Part shown: piece by piece, positions 43,314-53,294 of the stretch
Position numbering within the stretch: the first letter of the stretch is position 1
Layout of the letters: every line of letters starts with the position of its first letter
NCBI GenBank assembly: GCA_963668675.2
Contig: CAXXMB010000002.1
Coordinates: 544,001-608,000 of the forward strand
DNA length: 64,000 nucleotides
Direction: 5' to 3'
Source of the DNA: an uncultured Desulfatitalea sp.
GTDB taxonomy: Bacteria; Desulfobacterota; Desulfobacteria; Desulfobacterales; Desulfosarcinaceae
Program-made: the position numbers and the translations under genes
The notes under the pieces: generated by a model
Databases searched by the model: none
What the model was told of the DNA's origin: nothing
The model's input: only the letters and a program-made list of their open reading frames with translations

Positions 43314-43877
43314 CTATTTGCGTTTGCCGATGGCGCGCCATCCCCCGATGGGAGAGTAGACGGGTTTCAAAACTTTGCTCATGTCGCGCGCCTGCTCGAT
43401 GACGTAAAACAGCTTCGGATCAAAGTGCTGTACTTCGGGTAATATCCACTTCAAGTCTCTGCGCCGGCAGGCGATATAGAGCTCATGAACAGGCCCCTTC
43501 ATGCCTTCGCCCTGAAATATGGTAACCGGCTGACCTTTCTCCCTCAAATGGGTGGCGATTTCCAATCCTGCCGTTCGTGTAATAACCCTGAGAATTGTGG
43601 ATCCAAAGGCCAGGATACGCTCCACCTTTATTCCCACCACATTGCCGGTGGCGTAGCCGAAGGCATAGAAGACTACCAGCAGCGGCTCATCTTTGATCTG
43701 GTTGATCACGGTGCCGGCCACGGTTACCCATATCGTAATTTCGAAGATGGCCAGGAAGAAGGCGAGAACCGTTCTTCCTTGTACCGTCACGATGGTTCGC
43801 ACCGTTCCGATGGCGACATCAAAAATACGGGCAATAAAGACGAGCCCCCCTGTCAGTAGGACGTTTGTTTCAAACAT
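43314..43877 (-). CDS. UPF0316 / DUF5698-DUF2179 membrane protein
   Basis: 'FIARIFDVAIGTVR', 'YAFGYATGNVVG', 'GEGMKG'; start at ATG 43877. Confidence 0.85.
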   Translation of the reverse strand: MFETNVLLTGGLVFIARIFDVAIGTVRTIVTVQGRTVLAFFLAIFEITIWVTVAGTVINQIKDEPLLVVFYAFGYATGNVVGIKVERILAFGSTILRVITRTAGLEIATHLREKGQPVTIFQGEGMKGPVHELYIACRRRDLKWILPEVQHFDPKLFYVIEQARDMSKVLKPVYSPIGGWRAIGKRK

Positions 43878-44162
43878 GCTTTCTATATGCACCTCAATGA
43901 TATTAAAAAAAATCGTGCGACGGGCCACACGCACTGTGATAAGGTTCAGGCAAATATTCAAACAGCTGTAAGAATCCATTCGGCTATATCTGAAATTCCA
44001 CAACCGAACGGATGCGACATCATAATCATTCGACGCCAAAGAGTTCAAGTTAAACCCGGGGAGACTTGAAAATTTACAGCAACCCGGTTTAGTATGATGA
44101 ACAATTTCATTGGTCTTAGAAAGCCGAACGGTAGAGATGATCGCAAGGGGCGAAGAAAAAAG

Positions 44163-44672
44163 GTGATAAAGAAGGTCAGTATCATATTGCTGGTCGGCAT
44201 GCTGATGGTCATTAGCTCCGCGCCTGCATTCGCAACTGAAAAACAGGTTGTTGGCTGGGTGGAAATTGCCGCCATTTATCCCGGCAATCTGAAACTAAAA
44301 GCCAAACTGGACACGGGCGCCAGAAACTCTTCCTTGAACGTAAAAAAACTTGAGTACTTCAAGCGAGACGATCAGACCTGGGTGAAATTTGAAATACGCA
44401 ATTTCAAAGACCGTATGGAACACTATGAGGCGAAGGTCGTTAGAACTGCACAAATCAAGCGGCTCGGCCAAAAACCTGACACCCGCCAGGTTATTACGCT
44501 TGGGATATGCGTTGGAAACACGTACAAGGAAGTCGAGGTAAACCTGACAGACAGAACCGGTTTCAACTACCAAATGCTGATCGGTCGAAGCTTTCTTAAA
44601 GGATCATTCATTGTCGACCCTGAAGCGAGCTTCGTCAGCCAACCCGAATGCACGCGCCTTGATGAAAAATGA
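44163..44672 (+). CDS. Exported retropepsin-like 'ATP-dependent zinc protease' (RimK-associated)
   Basis: Signal peptide; 'VGWVE', 'AKLDTGARNSSL', 'VNLTDR..FNYQMLIGR'; start uncertain. Confidence 0.85.
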   Translation: MIKKVSIILLVGMLMVISSAPAFATEKQVVGWVEIAAIYPGNLKLKAKLDTGARNSSLNVKKLEYFKRDDQTWVKFEIRNFKDRMEHYEAKVVRTAQIKRLGQKPDTRQVITLGICVGNTYKEVEVNLTDRTGFNYQMLIGRSFLKGSFIVDPEASFVSQPECTRLDEK

Positions 44673-46204
44673 ATAAAAGGCACCTGTATATACTGGCAGG
44701 TTGCCTGACAACCATAGGCCTTGCACTTTTCGTCTACAAAATCGTGGTGTTGGATTTACCCCTGATTCCCGGTGCGCGCTCCTCCATGTGGACGGTCGAA
44801 GCTCATTTCACATTTAACGCCACAGGAAAACCAATCAAGGCAGTGCTACAGGTGCCGCGCACGTCCGACCGTTATACGATCGTTAATGAAAATTTTATTG
44901 CCCACGGCTACGGGGTAGCCGTTTCCGCTGAAAAAGAGAGACGGAAAGCGACTTGGGCGATCCGAAAGGCCAAAGGCAAACAAAGCCTATATTATAAAGC
45001 GTCGGTGGTGCGTGTCGATCGGGATCTGTCTGCTATCAAGCCTTTGGAAGATATGGCGATTGAACCGAAATTCGACGGCGCTTCACTTGAAGCGGCCCGT
45101 GCGATTTTGACAGAGATTCGCGAAACGTCGGCCGACACCGAGAGCTTCATTGTCGGTCTGTTCCGTCGGTTGAACATGTCACCGGCAGACAATAATGTGG
45201 CCCTGCTAGTGGGTAAACACGCAACTGTTCAGAAAAAAATTGAGACAGTCGTTCAACTGCTGACCATGGAAGGAATCCAGATCAGGGCCGTACACGGCAT
45301 GCGCTTGGAGGACCAGCGGCGCAATGCCGACATCATTCACTGGATCGAAGCATACGAAAAAGGGCGGTGGATCCCCTATGATCTTGCCTCGGAGACGATC
45401 GGCATTCCTGAAAATTACCTGGCCTGGTGGCATGGTGAAGAGCCGTTGATTCAGGCCTTGGGGGCAAAAGATGCGCGGATCACCCTGTCGGTTGTTCGAA
45501 GTGAAGAGGCCGCCCTGCAGATGGCCGTTGAAAAAGGCGTAACAAAAGAGCCCTTTCTCCTGGATTTTTCGTTGTTGAGATTGCCTGCCCAGACCCAGGC
45601 TGTCTATCGCGTCGTGCTTCTGGTCCCTTTCGGTGTGCTGTTTCTGGTCATTCTTCGAAACGTCGTCGGCCTCCGCACCTTCGGCACCTTCATGCCGGTA
45701 TTGATCGCTTTGGCCTTCCGGGAAACTCAGCTCCTCTGGGGCATATTTCTGTTCACCTTTCTGGCCGGCGCGGGTCTCCTGATACGCCTCTATTTAGAAC
45801 ACCTGAAGCTACTGGTCGTCCCGCGCTTGGCGGCCATCTTAATTGTCGTCATTGGAATGATGGCTTTTCTCAGCGTATTGAGCAATCAACTCGGATTGCA
45901 ACGGGGGCTTTCAGTCGCTCTATTTCCAATGGTCGTCCTCTCCATGACCATTGAGCGAATGTCCATTGTCTGGGATGAACTGGGGGCTTTCGAAACCATC
46001 AAACAGGCCCTCGGCTCCATGCTTGCGGCGATCATATGCTACCTGATCATGAGCGTCGCATACATCGAACACTTGGCCTTCGTATTTCCCGAGACACTGA
46101 TGATTTTGCTGGCGGCGACGCTGCTTTTGGGCCGATATTCCGGCATGCGGCTGATGGAGCTTCACCGGTTCAAGGTACTGACCGAGATCGACAAAGATGT
46201 TTAG
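44669..46204 (+). CDS. Inactive transglutaminase domain + 7TM membrane protein
   Basis: 'LRNVVGLRTFGTFMPVLIALAF', 'VPRLAA', 'LFPMVVLSMTIER', 'GRYSGMRL'. Confidence 0.88.
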   Translation: MNKRHLYILAGCLTTIGLALFVYKIVVLDLPLIPGARSSMWTVEAHFTFNATGKPIKAVLQVPRTSDRYTIVNENFIAHGYGVAVSAEKERRKATWAIRKAKGKQSLYYKASVVRVDRDLSAIKPLEDMAIEPKFDGASLEAARAILTEIRETSADTESFIVGLFRRLNMSPADNNVALLVGKHATVQKKIETVVQLLTMEGIQIRAVHGMRLEDQRRNADIIHWIEAYEKGRWIPYDLASETIGIPENYLAWWHGEEPLIQALGAKDARITLSVVRSEEAALQMAVEKGVTKEPFLLDFSLLRLPAQTQAVYRVVLLVPFGVLFLVILRNVVGLRTFGTFMPVLIALAFRETQLLWGIFLFTFLAGAGLLIRLYLEHLKLLVVPRLAAILIVVIGMMAFLSVLSNQLGLQRGLSVALFPMVVLSMTIERMSIVWDELGAFETIKQALGSMLAAIICYLIMSVAYIEHLAFVFPETLMILLAATLLLGRYSGMRLMELHRFKVLTEIDKDV

Positions 46205-47144
46205 ACTGAGAAAAAAACTGACCGCCATAGGCGTATTGGGGCTCAATCGACGAAACACCGAATATACCCTGCGATACAACCAACGACGGCTCTATCCTCT
46301 GGTGGATGACAAGCTTCAGACCAAAAAAATCGCCCTTGACGGAGGCATCGCAGTTCCAGCGCTGTACGGTACATTGGAGACAGAGTATCAGGCCAGGCAT
46401 ATCGGATCCTTGCTCGAACCATATGCCGATTTTGCAATCAAACCTGCCAGGGGGTCGGGCGGCGAAGGGATTCTGGTCATCACCGGACGATCGAAACAGC
46501 TCTATCGAAAGGCGGACGGCACCTTGCTGCCGCCCGAGGAGATCAATTATCACCTGTTCAATATCATCAGTGGGATGTACAGTCTTGGCGGCCAACCTGA
46601 TAAAGTGCTGATCGAATACCGTGTCCAATTCGACCCCATTTTTGAGAACATCAGTTTTCAGGGCGTCCCAGACATCAGGGTCGTCGTCTTCCTTGGTGTC
46701 CCGGTCATGTCCATGGTTCGCTTGCCCACTCGCATGTCCGGGGGGAAAGCCAATTTGCATCAGGGGGCCATCGGAGCCGGCATCGATATCGGAAACGGCA
46801 CGACCCTCACTGCTGTCTGGCAAAACCGGATTGTCACTGAACATCCGGACACCGGCAACCCGGTAACGGGTGTGCAGATTCCCAACTGGGACAATCTGCT
46901 GAGGATCGCGTCCAGATGCTCGGATCTGATCGGTCTGGGATATATCGGCGTGGACCTTGTGATGGACAGGGACAAAGGCCCCTTAATGTTGGAACTGAAT
47001 GCACGTCCGGGGCTCAACATCCAGATCGCCAACCGCACCGGACTGCTGCCGAGGCTCCAGCTTGTAGAAAAACATCACCATGATCTCGCCAGTATCGAGG
47101 ATCGGCTGTCATTTTCCAAAGCGCAGTTCAAGGTCGGAAGCTGA
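46197..47144 (+). CDS. Alpha-L-glutamate ligase-like ATP-grasp protein (RimK-like)
   Basis: 'NRRN', 'VDDKLQTK', 'KPARGSGGEG', 'GVPDIR', 'GKANLHQGA', 'LELNARPGL'. Confidence 0.92.
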   Translation: MFRLRKKLTAIGVLGLNRRNTEYTLRYNQRRLYPLVDDKLQTKKIALDGGIAVPALYGTLETEYQARHIGSLLEPYADFAIKPARGSGGEGILVITGRSKQLYRKADGTLLPPEEINYHLFNIISGMYSLGGQPDKVLIEYRVQFDPIFENISFQGVPDIRVVVFLGVPVMSMVRLPTRMSGGKANLHQGAIGAGIDIGNGTTLTAVWQNRIVTEHPDTGNPVTGVQIPNWDNLLRIASRCSDLIGLGYIGVDLVMDRDKGPLMLELNARPGLNIQIANRTGLLPRLQLVEKHHHDLASIEDRLSFSKAQFKVGS

Positions 47145-47607
47145 GGGGCTCGATAAGGATTCGGTATAGCCCCCGCCCAGTGTACGGTAGTGGAAGATTG
47201 CGGTTACAGCAGTGACTATCTTAAGTATCCTTCGTGCCTATAATATAGCTGTTATCAGAGCAAACAAAAATTCCAAAGCACAGTCCAACCGCTTTGTTTT
47301 GCAGAATCACTTAAAAAACGTACAATCTTATATTTATTTTTCTTCTTATCCGTGTCTATAGAATTCTGCATCGATAATGACCGTCGACCGTCTTTCTACA
47401 ACAAACGAAGTTATGATTTAAAAGGATAGAACCAAGGCGTCTCTGGGTAGTGAATAAAAACGGCATCATAGCAACCAGCATGGCAGTCCTTCGTTACCGA
47501 TTCTTTATTCCTTGGGCATTGATCAAACTGCTCTTCAGGTTTTCTCCGACCATAATGTTGTTATCAAGACAGAAGCTTGAATCCCAAATTAACAGATAAT
47601 TGATATT

Positions 47608-49062
47608 ATGGAAAAAATTAGCTTTCTCATCATTTTTAGACAACTGTTCAGCTTGCGAGCGGCAGTGGACATCGTTTTGATTGCTGCCGGCATTTTTATG
47701 CTTTACCAGATACTGCTGCGATCGGGCGCCTGGAAAATCGTGACCGGCATCATTTTGGCCATCGTCTTTTTCTTTTTGGCCAGCTTGCTAAACCTGCGCG
47801 GCATCGAATGGATATACAGCAACCTAAGCCCTGTGGCGGTGATCGCCCTGATCGTCATTTTCCAACCTGAACTGCGGAAATTCCTGGAACGGGCCGCCTC
47901 CATGCGGCGCGTGGAAAAGGCGCAAGCCGGCGATGAATTGGTGGGGATCATTTCCGAATCCCTGCTGAATCTGTCGAACCTGCGCCAGGGGGCGATAGTT
48001 GTTCTGCCTGGCAAGGAGCCTGTGGAAGGCTGGGTGTCCGGCGGATTTATATTGGATGCTGCGCCGAGCTTTCCCTTGATGATGAGTATTTTCGACCCGC
48101 ACTCCCCGGGACATGACGGAGCGTTGGTCATCGACAAGGGCCGTTTTACGATTCTGGGGGGGCGTTTGCCCATTTCCCAGACCCAGAAGCTGCCGGCTGA
48201 ACTGGGCACGCGCCATCATTCTGCCATGGGCCTGGCTGAGCAGTCCGATGCGCTGGTCTTGGTCGTTTCCGAAGAGCGTGGAACGATCTCGATATTTCAG
48301 GATGGCGAGTATCAAAAATTAATCAAGAAAGAAGATATTGCAAACGCAATCCGGCGTCATTGGGAAAAAACGGCCGCGTTTCCGATGGAGCTCAACAAAC
48401 GCAATATGGAGTGGCCGGTCTTATCGAAGATGATCGTCAGTATCGTACTATCCATCGTATTCTGGATTACACTTACGGTATCCGAAGGAAAGCTCATAGA
48501 AGGGTTTGCCACGGTACCGGTGGAGTTCATCGGCGTACCGCCCAATCTTGTCCTCGTAAGTGATAAGGAAAAGCAGATCCGCGTCCATATGGCCGGCACC
48601 AAGTCCGCAATTGACAGCGTATCAGCCTCCATGCTGTCCGTAAAAATAGATCTTTCCAAAGCAGGTGCAGGCAAACAAACGTTTTTGATAACCGACGAGA
48701 GCATCGCCCTGCCGAAGGATGTGCAGTTAGTTGATATTTCACCGTCTAGCCTCGAGATCAATATGGCGGCCGTATCGGTACGCGAGGTAGAAATAAAACC
48801 TCAATTGGTAGGCACGCTTCGAGGCAAACTGAAGTTGCTGTCCGTCGATATAAAACCCAGTAAGGTCAAGGCACTGGCTCCGAATGAACAGGCAGTGGAT
48901 GAAATGATGGATGTCACAACCACACCTATTTATCTGGATAACGTGACACAAAACACAATGTTTTATTGTAAAATAATCGCCCCACCATCGATCCAGCCGC
49001 TGGACAAACGCTGGCCGGACGTGGTCGTGCGTCTCTTTGTTTCAGAAACAGGCGGTAAATAA
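47608..49062 (+). CDS. Diadenylate cyclase (DisA_N) fused to YbbR domain (CdaA-CdaR fusion)
   Basis: 3 TM + 'IFQPELR', 'HDGAL', 'LGTRHH', 'VSEERG', then a TM helix and YbbR-like beta domain. Confidence 0.88.
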   Translation: MEKISFLIIFRQLFSLRAAVDIVLIAAGIFMLYQILLRSGAWKIVTGIILAIVFFFLASLLNLRGIEWIYSNLSPVAVIALIVIFQPELRKFLERAASMRRVEKAQAGDELVGIISESLLNLSNLRQGAIVVLPGKEPVEGWVSGGFILDAAPSFPLMMSIFDPHSPGHDGALVIDKGRFTILGGRLPISQTQKLPAELGTRHHSAMGLAEQSDALVLVVSEERGTISIFQDGEYQKLIKKEDIANAIRRHWEKTAAFPMELNKRNMEWPVLSKMIVSIVLSIVFWITLTVSEGKLIEGFATVPVEFIGVPPNLVLVSDKEKQIRVHMAGTKSAIDSVSASMLSVKIDLSKAGAGKQTFLITDESIALPKDVQLVDISPSSLEINMAAVSVREVEIKPQLVGTLRGKLKLLSVDIKPSKVKALAPNEQAVDEMMDVTTTPIYLDNVTQNTMFYCKIIAPPSIQPLDKRWPDVVVRLFVSETGGK

Positions 49063-49096
49063 AAGTACCCGGTTCTCTATGAAGATAAAATGAGAA

Positions 49097-49247
49097 GGCT
49101 GATCTCCAACGAGCTGTGGTAAAATCACGCTCAAACAAGAATACGCAGTCACCCTAAGGGCTGCATAAACCAAGGAGATCAGCCATGGAAAACGCTATCA
49201 CAATTGGTGTGGATTTGGGAGACAAGGAAGCAAGTGATAGACCATAA
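49097..49247 (+). mobile_element. IS110-family remnant: structured leader plus first codons of the transposase
   Basis: AAGGAG RBS, ATG 49185: MENAITIGVDLGDK resembles the DEDD RuvC-like N-terminus (IGxDLG); stops at 49247; 11-bp inverted repeat encloses the leader. Confidence 0.6.
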
Positions 49248-49355
49248 CCCCGGCACTGGCGGCAACCGGCGACCCGACGGCCTTTCTGGTGGCGGTCGCC
49301 GCAATTTTGCAGCTGTCGTCGAGGATACGATGGGGAGTGTTGGACTTCCGGTTTT

Positions 49356-50246
49356 TCAACCCGCCAATAGCTCCATACCGCCACGCACCAGTTGCTGCGA
49401 GAACTTCTCCAACAGTTTTGATTTTAGATTCCAGCAATGCCAATACAGTTCCACCGGGACACTATAACCCGGCGCCAGATCAACCAGTTTACCCTTGCGA
49501 ACATAAGGTTGGCTCTGCTGCAATGGCAACATGCCGTAGCCAAGCCCCAAAACGATGGCATCGGCAAATTTCTCAGACGATGGGATATAGCTGGCCGGGA
49601 TTGGAGCGGGCACCTCTCCAAGGGCTCGGAGGAAAAGCTTTTGATGCAATTCATCCTTACGGTTGAAAATGATTGCAGGTGCATTGCAAGCGTCTGCCAC
49701 CGCAAGCCCATCAGGAAACCATCGGCGGGCAAATTCAGGTGCAGCGTACATCTGGTAATTCATGCGTCCGATAACATCGATTCGACACCCTTGAATCGGT
49801 TTTTCCTGGGTACTGATACACCCTATAACTTCACCATCCTTCAACAGTCGATGCGTCTGCTCTTGATCCTCGGTTCGAATGTCGAGCAATACCCGCTTTT
49901 CTATTAAAAAGGGATGGACGGCCTCCAGAAGCCATGTGGCGAGACTGTCTGCGTTGATTCCCACTGCAAGCGAAGTAAACCTCTTGCTGCCGACGTTACC
50001 GGTCTCATTTAGCAGATCGTCTTCCAAGCGCTTGACTTGCTGGTAATGTTTCAACAACTTGCGGCCCGGTGGCGTTGCCAGGGGAGGCGTGGTTCTGGAC
50101 AACAAGATCTGCCCCATTTGCTCTTCGAGCAATTTGACCCGCTGGGAAACTGCCGATTGTGTGATGTTAAGTGTTCCGGCAGCTTTTTCGAAGCCACCTT
50201 CCCGGACGACCATTGCCAGGGCTTGGATGAGCTTATAATCAAACAT
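49356..50246 (-). CDS. argP: LysR family regulator ArgP/LysG
   Basis: 'GFEKAA..LNITQSAVSQRVKLLE', 'NADSLATW', 'EDQEQT', 'LYWHCW'; divergent from argO. Confidence 0.93.
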   Translation of the reverse strand: MFDYKLIQALAMVVREGGFEKAAGTLNITQSAVSQRVKLLEEQMGQILLSRTTPPLATPPGRKLLKHYQQVKRLEDDLLNETGNVGSKRFTSLAVGINADSLATWLLEAVHPFLIEKRVLLDIRTEDQEQTHRLLKDGEVIGCISTQEKPIQGCRIDVIGRMNYQMYAAPEFARRWFPDGLAVADACNAPAIIFNRKDELHQKLFLRALGEVPAPIPASYIPSSEKFADAIVLGLGYGMLPLQQSQPYVRKGKLVDLAPGYSVPVELYWHCWNLKSKLLEKFSQQLVRGGMELLAG

Positions 50247-50356
50247 GGCCAATTATTAGCAAAACTTATGTATACTTAAAACATTTAATTTTACTTTTAA
50301 TCCTGCATGAACTACCTCCACCATGTTTGTGACCATATCAGATCAAAAGGAAAATA

Positions 50357-50974
50357 ATGATGTTAACACCGTTTATCCATGGTTTCGGCACAGGTGGGGG
50401 ACTGATCGTTGCGATTGGGGCACAGAACGCCTTTGTATTAACACAGGGTGTACGCGGAAATTACCATGTGACCATCGCATTGATTTGCATTCTATGTGAT
50501 GCCGTCTTCATCACGGCCGGGGTTGCCGGTTTCGGGGCGGCTGTCGCCTCCAATCCAGCTCTTTCGCAATGGGTGGCGTGGGGAGGCGCAGGATTTCTAC
50601 TTTTCTATGGATGGGGATCGCTTCGTTCTGCCATACGAGGGGGCACGCTTGGCACGAGCGACCCATCCGCAAAATCCTTGAGAAGCGTCATTATGACTAC
50701 CTTTGCGGTTACATTGCTAAATCCGCACTTTTATCTCGACACGGTTGTTCTTTTAGGCGGCGTGAGCAGTCAATTCTCCGGAGAAAACCGTTTGCTGTTT
50801 TGGGCCGGGGCGGTTTGCGCTTCGACCATATGGTTTATCTCTTTGAGTCTTGGGGGACGGGTACTCGCCCCCTTGTTCACGAGAAAGTTATCTTGGCGAA
50901 TTCTCGATAGCCTTGTGTGTGCCACAATGTTGACGATAGCCGTCTCTCTGATCGTGCATGGAATCTCCATCTGA
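50357..50974 (+). CDS. argO: LysE/ArgO amino acid exporter
   Basis: 'LIVAIGAQNAFVL', 'TLLNPHFYLDT'. Confidence 0.92.
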   Translation: MMLTPFIHGFGTGGGLIVAIGAQNAFVLTQGVRGNYHVTIALICILCDAVFITAGVAGFGAAVASNPALSQWVAWGGAGFLLFYGWGSLRSAIRGGTLGTSDPSAKSLRSVIMTTFAVTLLNPHFYLDTVVLLGGVSSQFSGENRLLFWAGAVCASTIWFISLSLGGRVLAPLFTRKLSWRILDSLVCATMLTIAVSLIVHGISI

Positions 50975-50996
50975 GTAAATCCGACCCTTATCGTAG

Positions 50997-51308
50997 CCCC
51001 TATTCCCATTATTGCTTAACGACGATGCAATGACCCAAAGGCAGCTTGGCGAACGGCTATATCTCGAAAAGTCCAGTGTGAGTCGTCTTGTAAACGGACT
51101 TGAGCGGCGTGGCTGGGTTGTGCGTGCGAAGTTCTCTGGCGACAACAGGCACAAAATAGTTTCGGCAACGCCAAAGGCGCTGGAAACGGCAGAGCAATGC
51201 GCAGTCATCGCGAGGGCCATCCTTAAGAAGGCACAACTCGGAATGACCGAAGATGAACAGTTGCTCTGTAGATCGTTTCTGGCTAGAATAATAGAGAACC
51301 TTGGATAG
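50997..51308 (+). pseudogene. 5'-truncated MarR family regulator
   Basis: 'MTQRQLGERLYLEKSSVSRLVNGLERRGWV...DNR' winged helix; in-frame TAG at 50994-96, no RBS, N-terminal helices missing. Confidence 0.7.
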
Positions 51309-51470
51309 CTCGTGATATGAAACTAAGATTATACGATATAGTAGTATGCACAACACAATGAATGCAAATTTATGGCATATGTAATAATATCGTTCTCGCT
51401 TGTATTTCGTTCCGCGGCTGTCCGGCGTTTGCCAGGTGCTGTCACATCTATACGCCACAGGACGCCAGGG

Positions 51471-51560
51471 TATTAACCCGGCAATTAATTACCTTAGCAA
51501 TCGTCATTCCGGCGCAGGCCGGAATGACAAGGGTTGGCCTATTTAATTGCCGGGTTAATA
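51471..51560. repeat. MITE-like palindromic element (copy 1)
   Basis: Perfect 18-bp terminal inverted repeats TATTAACCCGGCAATTAA / TTAATTGCCGGGTTAATA around hairpin GTCATTCCGGC-GCAG-GCCGGAATGAC. Confidence 0.8.
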
Positions 51561-51609
51561 AAATAATGTGCGACTCCGACTGTCTCACCTAAAAAGGAGG
51601 AAAAATACC

Positions 51610-52455
51610 ATGACCGTGAAATCCATACTCGAAGACACTGATAAATTCCTGAAAAACCTCGGTTTGAACGAAGAGCCATTCGGCGTGTACTACGATAACA
51701 CCAAACCGGATAACGCATTCGGCCCAAAGCCCGGACCACCTATTTCGCGCGAGCTGGAAGACCAGGGGAAGGTAGATTACCAAGAGATGTTTAAACATTT
51801 TTCCTGCGTCATGGGCAACATCTGGCTGGCCAGAAAAAAGCGCCGTGCCGCTTATATTTCTATGGAAGAGTATGGATGCCCGGGAGGCGTCTTCTACTGT
51901 TCCATGATGAAACCCAACCTCAGGTTCATAGAGCACTATGTGACCACGGGCTTTAGTGGCACGCCCGTACATGGCGAGCGATATCTGCCCTCGCCCGAGG
52001 CCATGCGGACATTTCTTGACAAAGTCAACCCCCGTAAAGCGCCAGCCAAATACTGTATCTTTAAACCGCTCTCTTTGTTTGCCGACAGCGAGGTGCCGGA
52101 GTTCGTCATCTTCTTCGCACGGCCCGAAGTGTTAACCGGTCTTTTCGTCCAAACAACGTTCACCACGGGTGATGTGGATAGCGTCGCCTCCCCCTTCGGG
52201 GCAGGATGCACCAGCATCATTGCCTGGCCACTCTACTATAAAGAACAGGGGATAGAAAAGGCGGTAATTGGCGGTTTTGACCCTTCGGCCAGGAAGTATA
52301 TGAAAACCGATGAATTGACCTTTACGGTCCCTTTGTCTCTGTATCAGAAAATGTTGGCGGCCTTGCCGGAATCCATGTTCAACGTGGATGGAGATTGGGC
52401 AACCGTTCGAAAAAAAGTAAACCGCAGCGCGAAGGCTTGGGGAGAAAGCAATTAA
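51610..52455 (+). CDS. DUF169 family protein
   Basis: AGGAGG RBS; 'FSCV', 'GCPGG', 'GERY', 'PFGAGC', 'GGFDPSAR', 'ELTFTVP'. Confidence 0.82.
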   Translation: MTVKSILEDTDKFLKNLGLNEEPFGVYYDNTKPDNAFGPKPGPPISRELEDQGKVDYQEMFKHFSCVMGNIWLARKKRRAAYISMEEYGCPGGVFYCSMMKPNLRFIEHYVTTGFSGTPVHGERYLPSPEAMRTFLDKVNPRKAPAKYCIFKPLSLFADSEVPEFVIFFARPEVLTGLFVQTTFTTGDVDSVASPFGAGCTSIIAWPLYYKEQGIEKAVIGGFDPSARKYMKTDELTFTVPLSLYQKMLAALPESMFNVDGDWATVRKKVNRSAKAWGESN

Positions 52456-52563
52456 ATAGGCCAACCCTTGTCATCCCGGACTTGATCCGGGATCCAGTAA
52501 GCACCTGGATTCCGGCTTTCTCCGGAATGACATTTACTGGGGTTTTCAGTTGCCGGGTTAATA
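52448..52563. repeat. MITE-like palindromic element (copy 2, inverted, left end truncated)
   Basis: 52448-52474 is the exact reverse complement of 51524-51550; internal GTCATCCCGG...CCGGAATGAC palindromes; ends TTGCCGGGTTAATA. Confidence 0.8.
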
Positions 52564-52650
52564 ATACAACCAGGCTTTACAGAAATCCTATGTTGTTGTT
52601 GAAATCCTGGGTGACGTGGATATTATGCATCAAACAAGGATGAATACCAG

Positions 52651-53286
52651 ATGAACGATATAGCACACCACAACGCAATCCCATCCCTCAACGGATGGCT
52701 GCTGCACTTGGCGGATGGGCTGATGCATCGGATCTATGGCGCCCGCAAGCGATCGATTTACCGCAAGCTACCGGGCACCGTGGTAGAGATCGGCCCTGGT
52801 GCGGGTGCCAATTTCCGCTATTACAAGCGGGGGACGCGCGTGATCGCCGTGGAACCCAATGTGTCGATGCATCCCCGGTTGAGGAAAAAGGCGAGGCGCA
52901 GGGGGTTGGATCTGGTCATCAAGTCGGTCCGGGGCGAACAGATCGATCTGCCGGACCGAAGCGTTTCGGCAGTGGTCGGCACCCTGGTTCTCTGCACCGT
53001 GGATGATCCAGGCACGGTGGTTTCCGAGATCTACCGTATTCTCAAGCCCTCGGGACGCTACCTTTTTCTCGAACATGTGGCCGCTATGCCTCGCACGCGG
53101 CTGCGCAGCCTACAAGAGAAGCTGCAACTTGTCTGGCGTCGCTTGGCCGATGGGTGCCGGTTGAACCGCGAGAGCCATCTGGTCATTGCAACGGCCGGTT
53201 TTGCAGAAGTCAATATGGATTGCTTTACGCTGCGTTCCCAGTGGCTGCCGTTTGCGCCGCACATCTTCGGCGTGGCCGTCAAATAG
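52651..53286 (+). CDS. Class I SAM-dependent methyltransferase
   Basis: 'VEIGPGAGAN', 'VEPN', 'TLVLCTV', 'LKPSGRYLFLEH', 'GCRLNR'. Confidence 0.9.
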   Translation: MNDIAHHNAIPSLNGWLLHLADGLMHRIYGARKRSIYRKLPGTVVEIGPGAGANFRYYKRGTRVIAVEPNVSMHPRLRKKARRRGLDLVIKSVRGEQIDLPDRSVSAVVGTLVLCTVDDPGTVVSEIYRILKPSGRYLFLEHVAAMPRTRLRSLQEKLQLVWRRLADGCRLNRESHLVIATAGFAEVNMDCFTLRSQWLPFAPHIFGVAVK

Positions 53287-53294
53287 GAGGAAGA

